Below, piece by piece: positions 1 through 12,397 of a stretch of 32,395 nt of DNA (the first letter of the stretch is position 1; each line of letters starts with the position of its first letter). The position numbers and the translations under genes were made by a program. Source of the stretch: Intoshia linei. Its lineage: Eukaryota > Animalia > Orthonectida. The notes under the pieces are model-generated. The model saw nothing but the letters and a program-made list of their open reading frames with translations. It had not been told where the DNA came from and searched no databases. The DNA lies in assembly GCA_001642005.1 (NCBI GenBank), contig LWCA01000322.1, forward strand, positions 1 to 32,395, given 5' to 3'.

Positions 1-1075
1 TAAAAAATTCTTTTGTTTTGTGAGTAATGTCTTCAGCATGCTAAAACTTCTTTCGACACCGTTAGAAGTTGAAGGGCTATTTCTCAATTGGCTGTACAAT
101 AAAGGAGGTTTGAACTGATCCATAGCTAACATAATTTTTTCGATATCATTCTTTTTTCTATATATAGTTGTATTTCACATGGATCAGAAATAAATTGTAT
201 TTTTTTGTATCATATGCTTAATTAATAGTAAACGACTATTTTTCCATGTCAATAACACCTAATATAGATGTATACCAGTTTAATTTTAATTCGATTAATT
301 AATTATATAATTTAATCATAGATACAATTTGACCATTCATGTTTGTATTAATCATTTTACAGTCAAACAGCAGTAAATTTTGGGGGTTTTTCAAAGTACC
401 TACAATTATATTTATATATTTAACATCGTTTAAATCGGTTTCATCCAACATCATAAATATTAATTCATCTTTACTACACGATTTTATCCTTTCAATTTCC
501 TTCAAATATACCTGGTCGATTTGCCCATGTTGGTAAAAAATTGCTTTAACTTGTATAAGATGTCTACCAAAGCAAAAAGTTCTATGTCAATGGCAAAATC
601 ACTTTTTAATTTGAAACATTTACGGATTGGAGTAGTATCATTCAAAGTTAATGATTTGTGTTTAACAGACGACCTATGACTGCACATAATATCATTTTTC
701 AAATAAGACATCACAATTGCATTTGATACAAATTAAACTGCCGGCCTTCATTTTAAATTCATTTGGAAATATTCTTAAAATATTATTAATTTTTTCTTAT
801 TTTGACTTTGGAAATTTACGCATTAACTGATTATTAGATTAAAATTTGATTAAGATTCAGATTTGTAAAATTTAAAAACAATGCACATGTAAATAATTGA
901 ATATTTCAAAATCTAACTTTATTAACTTTTAAAAAAATTTTAACTTTTCTAACCGTATTAACTTTATAAAATTTTAATTATCCAATTAATATTGACGATA
1001 TATGTGCCAACATGCTGGAAATTTTAAACTACTTAACATATCAAATTTTAACTTTTCTGACTTTTGCTTGCCCTA
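1..1075 (-). mobile_element. Degenerate, internally deleted hAT-superfamily (CGGBP1-like) DNA transposon, lying in the first coding intron of TRMU; runs off the left edge
   Basis: The minus-strand pseudo-ORF from ATG 823 has stops and frameshifts. It contains a BED-like Zn finger (LICIKCNC...H-RSSVKH), a first catalytic-Asp segment (IFMMLDETDLNDVKYINIIVGTL, ORF 299..505) and a hAT C-terminal motif (PSTSNGVERSFSMLKTLL, near 20-80). The putative terminus TAGGGC is at 1075, with repeated AAAGTTA subterminal motifs at 910-1060. Confidence 0.75.
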
Positions 1076-1177
1076 ATTATAATATACAATAATATAATTT
1101 AATAATATCCTTTACTTCTATAATTATAGAATTAAAGGATTTATAATTTGTGCAATGTCATTATGACACAATGTTAC

Positions 1178-1265
1178 CTGATTTTTTTAATATATATGCC
1201 GATATTGCACTATCTACTCCTCCTGATATAGCACATGCAACAGTTTTCCCCACTCCAATACTCAT
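1178..1265 (-). CDS. TRMU: Mitochondrial tRNA 2-thiouridylase (MnmA/TRMU), first coding exon only; remainder presumably left of the window
   Basis: Translates MSIGVGKTVACAISGGVDSAISAYILKKS-G|gtaac. The SGGVDS PP-loop sits in the N-terminal context typical of MnmA/TRMU, followed by a phase-1 GT donor at 1177. No second exon was found in the window. Confidence 0.75.
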
Positions 1266-1791
1266 TGACTCAGAAATATGAATTCTAAAACCATATATCT
1301 CAAGTTAGGAAATACTTACATACCAATAATTATGCTAAAATAATGAGCGATAATACAATGTAATTAATCTCTAATATTTTATTTAATCTTTAAATGGGTC
1401 GGTAACAGGCAATAAACAAAATCTTTCAAGAAAAAAAATTTTCAGATACTAAAATTACAAACGTTTAATAATGGAGTTGAAATTATTAATTGAATTACAG
1501 TCAAATCTGAGTTTTATAAACATGCCATAATTTGAACATTGACTGTCTGAACACATTTCGAATAATTTCCATAATTATGGAAATGTTTCTGAAATAAAAT
1601 ATTATAGTACTGTAAGTTTATTGTAATAAGCACTAGAAATTTCCTATTTTAATTTGAATATTGAACAGAAAATATTTTAGATGCCAAGACAATTCAACTA
1701 TATTATCATTTTATTATAAAATGATAAAATTTATATAAAGAGGTCAGAAAAATACGTACTATCACTTTTAGTAAGTACAATATATTGTATA

Positions 1792-2302
1792 CAGTATTGG
1801 GTTCTTATGTACTTTAGGACCAATAGTTTGAACTTTTTCATTTGTTTTGTTGTTAAAGATATTTATAGATACAAATTTATTTATACAATGAACCAATTAT
1901 TGACTGTAAAATTGATGTTTTATGATATTTTAAAAATTAATTAATTATAATTAAAAATAAATAATGAATGTTTAATTGTTTCAAAACATGATTAACATTT
2001 TGTTGAGGGTATAATAATGCAATATTAAGTATCACAAATATAAATCAATTATTTTAAACTGTAAGCATTAAATAACATCAATTTGCTCTAATTAACCTAA
2101 TATTAATTAGTTTGTATTTTACAACCTTAAATTAATTAATTTATTAATTAGATTCATTTATCTAATTTAAACGTAATTGCATGCATTAGTAACATATCAG
2201 TACTACCGCTCTGATAATGGAAAAAGTTCATTTTATTTATAACAAAGTTCAAATATAAAAGTTCAAACTATTGGTTCTAAAGTACATAAGAACCCAGTAT
2301 TG
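1792..2302. mobile_element. Tc1/mariner-type MITE (511 bp), TA target-site duplication
   Basis: Left end TA|CAGTATTGGGTTCTTATGTACTTTAGGACCAATAGTTTGAAC. Right end GTTCAAACTATTGGTTCTAAAGTACATAAGAACCCAGTATTG|TA. TIRs are over 40 bp with few mismatches; the interior is AT-rich and non-coding. Confidence 0.85.
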
Positions 2303-3157
2303 TAAGTATATTGTATGAACAATAATCTATTACGTGTAGACTTAAATATAAAAATTTAAAGGAAAAAAGAGATCATTTGTTACTTCGATCAGAATCCACA
2401 TTATTCAAAACGGGAACTGGCAATTAAATTTCCAAATGGAAATGGATCCCAAGTGGATATGGAAATAAATATTTAAATTTCTATTAAAACCACTAAAATT
2501 CACACCCCTAATGTGTTAAATAAATATTTACAAGCATATATATTAACATTAATAATATGTAATATGCATGTAAATTAAAATTATATTATACATATCTTTA
2601 TATCATCAGACACACGACAAAAAGTTATCCATTTTTTTATTTAAGATTTATTGATGATTTATCTGAATTTTTTCAAAATTGCAAACTATGAACTTTTTTA
2701 AAATCTATCCCGACTGTTCATATTATGCATATTTCTATATTGAAATACAGAAATGTACTGTAATCGTAAATGTTAATAAATTAACTATTATAAAATCGTT
2801 ATGATTTACACAAATATTTCGCGAACTGAAAAATTATATGTACCCAAGGTCCGTGAACCCAACTTAAGAAACACTATTCTAGTTGATGAATGTCAACAAA
2901 TAGTTAACTCTGCACCGGTATCAATACTTAGTTATTTTTGAATTGTTTCAAGTTCGTCAAAAATATAAAAAACATATTTGCTTGTTATTTAAGACAATTT
3001 GAATGCATTTATTCAAACACGGCCTCGTGTAATTTAAACTTACATTAAAATTTAAATAAATAATATCCAAGTCTTATTTGTATTAATCATTTAAGGTCAT
3101 TTATATTTTCACGATAATTATTTATACATGTTAAAATAAGTAACTAAAAATATTATT

Positions 3158-5338
3158 ATGGCCAAGTAAGAATTGATATTATTTTAATAATTTTAGGACC
3201 ATCAAACGTTTGCATCAAATTGTAATTTGTTTTGCATGTTTTTTAGCAAATGGTATAATATTTGGTTTCTTAAACTCTTACGGATTTGTATACCAATATA
3301 TAATCGATTCGAATGAATATGGATTTGAAAATATAGCCACAATCGCATGTAAGATGAATTAAATGTATACAAATATTTTTAGCTCTACTTGGTTCGTTAA
3401 AATTATGTGTACTGTTTGTTTTTGGAATTTTTTCCAATATTATAATTCGGAAACTTGGATATCAAAAAGCTACATTAATGGGAGCATCAATATCTTTAGC
3501 GAGTTTACTCGTTTGCAGTTATTCCCCCAATGTCAAAATGTTATTTTTAACGTATGGCGTACTCCATTCCATTGGAAGTTCTTTATTATTTATTTCGTCA
3601 CTGTCCATAATTTTTTATCATTTTAAAAAACGGGTGGGATTAGCAACTGGTATTTCAACATTAGGATCACCAACGTTTACTATGATTTTTCCATTTTTCC
3701 TACGCAATTATATTGAAAATTATGGAATACATTCGTATTTTGCTTTAGAAGGCATCATATATAGTTCCTTGTTATTTTGTGCAGTAATATGGACTGTAAA
3801 GTCAGAATCAAACATACATTTAAATGCCAATGGTGAAGAAAAAGTAATATTTCATCCGACTTCATCTCTTGATCAAAAAATTGAAATTTCTAAACCGTCG
3901 CGTTGGAATATATTCAAATCATCTTATCTCAAAATTCTTCAGAATCGAAAATATGTCATTTGGCTTTTCGCTATGAAACTTGTATTCTTTTCGTGTCCTA
4001 TTCCATTCATTTTCACCGTAAGCAATATAGTATAAATTATAATAATCTTTAGTTAAAGTGACCAGAAAAATACGAATAAATTTTAAGCCGAAAATTTTGA
4101 TTCGTCATCATATATAAGTAGTTTTGGCTTTACATTTAATTTGATAGTACGTATTTTTTCTGGCCACTTTACTTTAGTGCTCGTTGCTATAGTAGCAATA
4201 CAAATTTTCAATCATTTAACCATATTTTTTAATACAAAAAGTACATTTTTAGATAAAATATGCCAAATTAGTTACCGTTAAGGTAAAACCAGAACTATTA
4301 TTGAGTACAATTGGATGCGGTTCAATAATTGGAAGAGCCGTTTTAGGATTTATTTCAGATTATAAACATTTTAATAGATTAATTATGCAACAGATTGCTA
4401 TATTTTCATATAGTTGGTGTTTAATACTTTTTCCCATTTTGATAGAAACATATTTTGTTTTAATAATTTGTATTATCATTGGATTGTGTGATGGGTGCAT
4501 TATGTGCCTTTTATCTCCGATATGCCAGGATATTGTGGGTATATTAAATACATTTTTATAATTAATTATCAACACGGGTGACTTCACTTTTATAAGAATC
4601 ATCACTATTGATATAACCCACCGCGTAAACGTAATTTCAACTGGTTTATCCAGTAAATTTTATGTGAACTCAACGAACAAATAAAAAGGAACGATTTCAG
4701 AGAAGGTAAGCTACATCAGATTCTTTTTATACTGAATAAACTTTTTTCTTAAATTTGCAGCTTTTCCTTGAATAATATTAATAATCATCCAACAAATACA
4801 CTTTTTTATTTTTTTGGTATTTTCTTGTAAAATTTTTTAAATGCTTTCAAGTACCAATGGAAAAAAGTTGAGAAACTGAATAAGTCAAATAAATTCAATT
4901 TAAAATGAACATTAAATTGGAATAAAAAAATTTTTTCTTCCCGTCAGTGAAACTTTCACATTTTTACTGATACGTTGACAGCTCTACTACTATGCACTGT
5001 TGATTGTTGAGAAAAAGATAACACATACATAAAAAGTAACATGTTTCTTGTATAGTAATATTTTGGCTTATTATTTTGAAGTTTTTAATGTTAGGATATA
5101 TTTTTTCATAATTAATAGTCTAAATGTAGGTACATTGCATGCTGAACAAGCAGTTAGTTTTTGTATATCTTCCATTTCCATTCCACTGTTCATCGGACCC
5201 ATAATTGCGGGAGTAATTATTGATAACACCGACAATTACGGAATGGTATATTATGTATCATCGATATATCCATTTTTGGCAACAGGAGTATTAATGTTAA
5301 TTTATACTACTTTTCAAAACAAAGGTATGACATTTTAA
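3158..5338 (+). CDS. SLC16/monocarboxylate-transporter-like MFS transporter (copy 1), 5 exons
   Basis: Exons 3158-3165, 3197-3348, 3383-4017, 4253-4538 and 5130-5338 splice in frame via GT-AG introns. The protein has a multi-TM MFS pattern with MCT-type motifs (FLANGIIFG..NSYG, YHFKKRVGLATGI, GRAVLGFISD, GPIIAGVIID..NY). Confidence 0.88.
4057..4168. mobile_element. 112-bp inverted-repeat mini-element in intron 3 of the MCT gene (TTAA-site, Kolobok/T2-MITE-like ends)
   Basis: Reads TTAA|AGTGACCAGAAAAATACG ... CGTATTTTTTCTGGCCACT|TTAC. A solo copy of the same end (TAAAGAGGTCAGAAAAATACGTACTATCA) is at ~1736-1764. Confidence 0.65.
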
Positions 5339-5516
5339 ATTAAAAAAATATAGAAGTACACGAAATATCAGGCAAAACAATACTACAAAATAAAAAAATA
5401 ATTGTATTTAAATAAATATATAACAGATTTTATATAATTAAATGATTACATCTCAACTTTGATTAAGAAAATGAACGGGTTTCAAAACTATCATACTGCA
5501 AAGCTGATTAGGTATA

Positions 5517-6869
5517 TTAAAATTTATCAGTTTTCATATTCATTTTAACAAGAGAAAGTACATCAAATTTGCTATTTGAATTGAGCCATTCCACATGAAA
5601 TAAGACGCTTTTTTGTAAGATTCCAGAAAACATCCCTCTCGACCTAGTAAGATAGTAATTCAATTGTTTGGGAAAAATATTGCGACACAGTTGATAAGGT
5701 GTGCCAATAAATTGAAATTGAGTATAATCATTATTTTCCACTTCACTACCATCAAATATTGTATTAATCTGTGATTCAAAATGATGATTACCCGTTAAAA
5801 CATGATACTCCATCATATTCATGTATTTATCAGAAAATACTATTAAATTATCATCAGAACGAGGAATAAAATTACAATAATCTAAATACTGCTCATCCCT
5901 AATATTTATTGTCTCCAAAAAATTATTAGGCCAACGAGTGTCTAATATAACCGTTGATAGATTTGATTGAATCAGATGGAGAAAAGGTGATACATCTGAC
6001 AGAGGGAGGGTAGACAAAATGATTTCATTCAACACATTCTTAGTAACATCTGCTCTGTCAGTACAACGATACAGTCTGTTAGAAATGCCATCTCTGAGAT
6101 CCACAGAAATGTAAGTGGTATCCCCATTTAAAAACACAATAAGCGGGTGTGCGCCACAATGAATGTTTTTCCAAAAGTCATTTTTGTCTAAAGAATAATT
6201 GTACCATTTAACTTGTTCATTCAAAGGAATCGAATAAAAAATGTCGTTTGAGATTACATAGCATATAGGATTTACACCAACACTATTGACGCAAAACCCG
6301 GATATCGGATTTTCAAAATTTTTATTGGTACAATTGATTTGTGAAAGGTTTACATCAAAATAATATTGTTTCAACGTGGTGGTATCACAACAAGATATCA
6401 AGTATTTACCGTTGTAATGTTTAATGTTTCCTTCAATTAAATTTAGTTCCGTATCAATGTGTGATATCCTTTTACATGTCGGGTCAATTTGATTGTTGGA
6501 TAAATCCAAATCATAAATGCTTATTTTAGTGTTATTAGGCCCACCACCACAAGCCATAATGTAAAATCGATCTTGGGAATAATTTTTATCTAATTTACTC
6601 ATTTCTACGCCTGACAATTCATTTTTTTGTATATCTTTATTTCCATTACAAGATCGGCGAGAATTTCTCACTTGGTTTTCAAAGTCAAAGGTAAGTTGAG
6701 AATAAAATTCATATTTGTATTTACTCAATGGGTATCTTGTAGATGTCCTTTCCAATATATACGGTTCTTTGTTTGGTATTTTACATTTTTTCGCATATAA
6801 ATCAACATCTCCAAAATCACCAAAATCGTTGTAATGCGTTCGATTATTAATTGACATAATCGTATTCAA
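5517..6869 (-). CDS. TAF1C: TAF1C/Rrn6-like RNA polymerase I initiation factor subunit (beta-propeller); ends uncertain
   Basis: The 450-aa ORF contains W...AHP....GD.T....D ... E.IL.T..L ... P.LHL......LD.R.P, in the same order as the conserved block I recall for TAF1C. The true start may be ATG 6857 or an upstream exon, and a short terminal exon near 5440-5490 is possible. Confidence 0.6.
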   Translation of the reverse strand: MNTIMSINNRTHYNDFGDFGDVDLYAKKCKIPNKEPYILERTSTRYPLSKYKYEFYSQLTFDFENQVRNSRRSCNGNKDIQKNELSGVEMSKLDKNYSQDRFYIMACGGGPNNTKISIYDLDLSNNQIDPTCKRISHIDTELNLIEGNIKHYNGKYLISCCDTTTLKQYYFDVNLSQINCTNKNFENPISGFCVNSVGVNPICYVISNDIFYSIPLNEQVKWYNYSLDKNDFWKNIHCGAHPLIVFLNGDTTYISVDLRDGISNRLYRCTDRADVTKNVLNEIILSTLPLSDVSPFLHLIQSNLSTVILDTRWPNNFLETINIRDEQYLDYCNFIPRSDDNLIVFSDKYMNMMEYHVLTGNHHFESQINTIFDGSEVENNDYTQFQFIGTPYQLCRNIFPKQLNYYLTRSRGMFSGILQKSVLFHVEWLNSNSKFDVLSLVKMNMKTDKF

Positions 6870-7596
6870 TATATTATCGCTCCATTAAAATTACTATACT
6901 TACTTTTTAAACTCTTAGCCTTTCATACTCTTATTCACAGCTTCATATTCTATATTTGGCTGTATTATCAGGATTCATGGCATCAATGAATCTTTCTGAT
7001 ATACAGTATTAATATTACAAAAATTTATAATAAATTTTAATCAGAAATCTTTCACAAAATGTCCAAAAAAAAGTATAACAGCAAGTATTTTAAAATTAAA
7101 TTAATTAATTATAATTTAGTATCTGTAATGGTATATAACCTATACTGTAGCTTACCTGTATATCCTACAGGTATCACCAGTTAACAATATTTTAAAGTAA
7201 AGTTTAGCATTGATTCTAAATCAACATAATTGAACAACCCGATCTGGGTTAGTATTTGTCATAGTAATATTTATCAAATAAAGCCGATTATAAGGAATTC
7301 AATATACTGCAGGCATAGATTTAACTTTTTAAAAGAAATTACAGCATCTATCTAATTTTTGAAATTATAAAATTCACACGGTAAAAATTGCAGGTGGTGT
7401 TGTAAGGCACAAATGTGTAGAAAATTTTTACCACTATATATAATCAGCAATGATAAATAGTATGTAATTAAAATTTATTTCGAAATTTTTGATCAATATG
7501 ACGACAAATAAAATGTTGCTCCATCGCTACCCAAATAAACTATAATTGTAGCTGATTGTTAAAGTTTATTGAATATATTCCGAAAAATAGAATAAA

Positions 7597-9344
7597 ATGA
7601 GTTACAACCAGACAAAAAAAGGAGTCAAATTGTATGTTCAGCCAATTGTAATTTATAATTGAACACTATAATATAATATTTAGGGATTGGTTTTCCGATA
7701 TCTGCAAAGTGTATGATGTATTTTTAATATACTTTTATATTTTAAATGTAGAAGAAAAAAGTAGAAATCTTACTAGTCCACCAACCGAAAATACGAATTC
7801 AAGGATATATTATCGTAATAATACTATTTAAGTATATAAATCATGAGTGACCATCACGTAGACTCGAGATCCATCTAAATTTTATATATGATTTTTTTGA
7901 TTTTATTTTGGTAAAAAAATTTTCAATTGATCTATTATTTGGGATCTTTTTTTGCCCAACAGCCAAAACAATTCATTTGGATATTCAGTGATGCTATATT
8001 AAAATTTTCTATTGTATAGTATATATATCCTAAATAGGCCATGTTGTCCCAAGGGGCTATTACTGCTTATAGGAAATATTTTATTTTTTGTTTCATCCGT
8101 ACTAACTAATTATACATCATTGGCGTGTGACAGAAAGGAATTAGATGATTTTTATGTCTGAACGTGAGGAATGTTTTATTATTTGAATTAAGAAACATGT
8201 CAGACTGAAGGGTGATGGCTTTGAAAATTAAATGGTACATTTTTTTGATTATAATGCACTTTCTCTTGGCAATTCAAAAAACAGTTTTAGATATTTTTTA
8301 AAAAATTGAGGGGAAACATTAGTCCTCAATTCTCGATAATTGGTTTAGAAATAATGGTATTGTAATTCTTTGCATTTTTTCTAAATTATGATAATATTTT
8401 TAATTGAAAAAATTAACTTGACTTCTTTATACCAGGATTTTCAACATTTTTTGAACACCCTAAATGAATTTTTTCATTTTTGCAGGATTATCGCTCTTTC
8501 CAAAAACATTTACCATGGACTCTTTAATAATTAAAAACAAGCAAAAATTTTTATGACTATAATACAACTTGTAGTTTTATAAGTTTAAAGCAGGGATTGT
8601 TAACCTTTTTTGAACTATCTAACGCCTTTTTCAAAAAAATTTATCATGGGTTCCTTAATTAAAAACTAGCAAAAATGTTTAAACTAATACTTTTAATTTA
8701 TGATATAGTATATTTAACCTAATTTTTAAAATTGAAGTTTTAACAAATTGCTTGTTTGTTAATTAACAAGTTTACTTACTTTTTTTCTTAATATCAGTAA
8801 TATGTGACTTCGCAGAAATGAAATAGAAACGAATCAAAAATTATGTCTAAAATATCAGAAGAAATACAATGTAATATAAATAACGATATAAAAATATAGA
8901 TTACCTTTAATTTTAAGGTTTTATCTGCTGTTATTATAGTTTTAAATTCAATATCTCGCCAACTTTTTCTAAATCTTAAGAATGACGAGTTAGAGAGAGA
9001 TTACTGTACGTTTATTCTGAAATAAATCGCCCTCCAGTATTAAAAATCACCCCAAAAGGGCGATATCCCGCTTTATACAATTGGGTTATTTTTATTGATT
9101 TTCAATTGCGCAATACTTATATAGTGATTACATTGTAATACAATGTTGATTATTGAATTTATCTATTTCATAGGGATTCGACGAGTACTTAAATTTGGTA
9201 ATTGATCAAGGAGAAGAACACAATGTAAAGTCCGAAAAAACAAAGAAAATTGGTATTCTTATATATGCCTTTATTTAACGATTTATTGTAGGGTTACATT
9301 TATTGAAAGGAGAAAACATATTGTTTATTAGAGAATGTGTGTAA
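7597..9344 (+). CDS. SNRPE: Small nuclear ribonucleoprotein Sm-E (divergent), 5 exons
   Basis: Exons 7597-7647, 7684-7710, 7752-7814, 9174-9252 and 9292-9344 give MSYNQTKKGVKLYVQPI|GLVFRYLQS|KKKVEILLVHQPKIRIQGYII|GFDEYLNLVIDQGEEHNVKSEKTKKIG|LHLLKGENILFIRECV*. The Sm1 and Sm2 motifs and the SmE-specific QPI..FRYLQ are present. Confidence 0.93.
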
Positions 9345-9367
9345 ATTAAACTATGTAAAATAAATTT

Positions 9368-10328
9368 TTATACAACGTTTGTACTAAACAGATTTTGCTT
9401 TAATGATGGCATTATCTAAAATGGTATACATAAAATCATAGAATCTATAATTACAGCCTGAAAAGTCTGATTTAATTTTTTTTCAAGAGTATTGTCCACA
9501 GATATCAACCCATTATTCGATGTCATAATTAAACCTCCTATACTACACACGTTAGCAATTTCTAAAGTTCAATTACCAGTCTTCCGAGAGAAACGTATCT
9601 ACAAATTGAATTTGAACGTTGAATAGAGACATTTCATGGAATTGTTGTATTATATGTTCAACTTTACTCTGAAAAAATTTTAAACGATGAATTTTAAATT
9701 AAAAGATTACCTTCAAAACATTTAAATCTCGTTCCATGCATTTAATTTTAACATCTTTTTCGATTAGCGTACATAAGCACTAATTTAAATAGCAATTTTA
9801 AATTGAAAAAACCACCTGTAAAGTTAAACTGACTAAAATATTGTCATATTTATCTTTGTCTTGCTTAATAATTTGTCTCAACTTTTCTCTAGCTTCTTGG
9901 AGGCATTTCTATTACAATTATATTTTGAATACATAATTACAACTTCCAAAACGCTTTGTTTAGTTTCCAGTATGGTTAAACGAGATTCATTGACCAAGTT
10001 TGACTCCATACTAATTTTAATGAATTTAATAAAATTGCAATTACATTTTCTTTTTGAGCATGTATTGTCGTTCTTTTTTATCATACAGTTCAATCAATTT
10101 GATACGTTGATCGTGGATTAATTTACCTTTTTCAATGTTAAATTCTTCTTCCGTCTAATTGTAAAATTATACGAATACATATGATATTAACTTTTGTTTC
10201 AATTTCTTCCACCTTTTCTTTTGCTTCTTGGTCGATAAATGCAATCATGTGCTGAATCTACAACTTTTCTAAGTATCTAATTTCACCAGTAAAACCTGTG
10301 CTTCAACCCCACTGTCGCTTAAAGCCAT
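9368..10328 (-). CDS. ATP6V1E: V-type proton ATPase subunit E, 9 exons
   Basis: Spliced product MALSDSGVEAQ|IQHMIAFIDQEAKEKVEEIETK|TEEEFNIEKGKLI...KKIMESNLVNESRL...IGGLIMTSNNGLISVDNTLE...IMPSLKQNLFSTNVV*. Eight short GT-AG introns maintain the frame. Confidence 0.93.
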
Positions 10329-10584
10329 ATTTAAGAATATAAATTATTCTTGAAAATAAACTCACAAAATCAATATGAAATTTACCATAGTTTATTCCCA
10401 ATATATTTTAGTGCTGTTTAAAATTGGCATATTCAATTTTCATTATATTGATTGCCATTTAAAAATCAGGTTAAAGGGTTTAATAATCGTTTCACCTACC
10501 AGAGCTGGTTTAGATTCTATAGTAATTATACGAAACTTTGTTTCGCGCTATTATCAAATTTATTATCAACCATTTCAATTTAAA
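10329..10584. promoter_or_regulatory. Probable bidirectional promoter between V-ATPase E and MetAP2
   Basis: There are 256 bp between the divergent ATGs (10328 on minus, 10585 on plus). This is inferred from geometry only; no specific motif was identified. Confidence 0.5.
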
Positions 10585-12335
<1,751 letters not shown>

Positions 12336-12397
12336 ACTCCTCCATTTTATTTAATTTATAATAAAATTTATGGTATTTAAAAATAAAATACAAATAT

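Noticed and set aside
910-1065. Repeated TAACTTT units as a CRISPR-like or regulatory array
   Set aside because: They are short and irregularly spaced in a eukaryotic context, and are better explained as transposon subterminal repeats.
9861-10121. Listed short ORFs 339..536, 3363..3626, 4360..4605, 9861..10121, 12220..12405, 15618..15875, 20335..20574, 27914..28114, 28924..29187
   Set aside because: They are antisense or off-frame shadows of real genes or of the transposase remnant.
10375-10584. N-terminal extension of MetAP2 from ATG 10375
   Set aside because: It would leave under 50 bp to the divergent V-ATPase E start, and AAAATG at 10585 gives a typical MetAP2 N-terminus.
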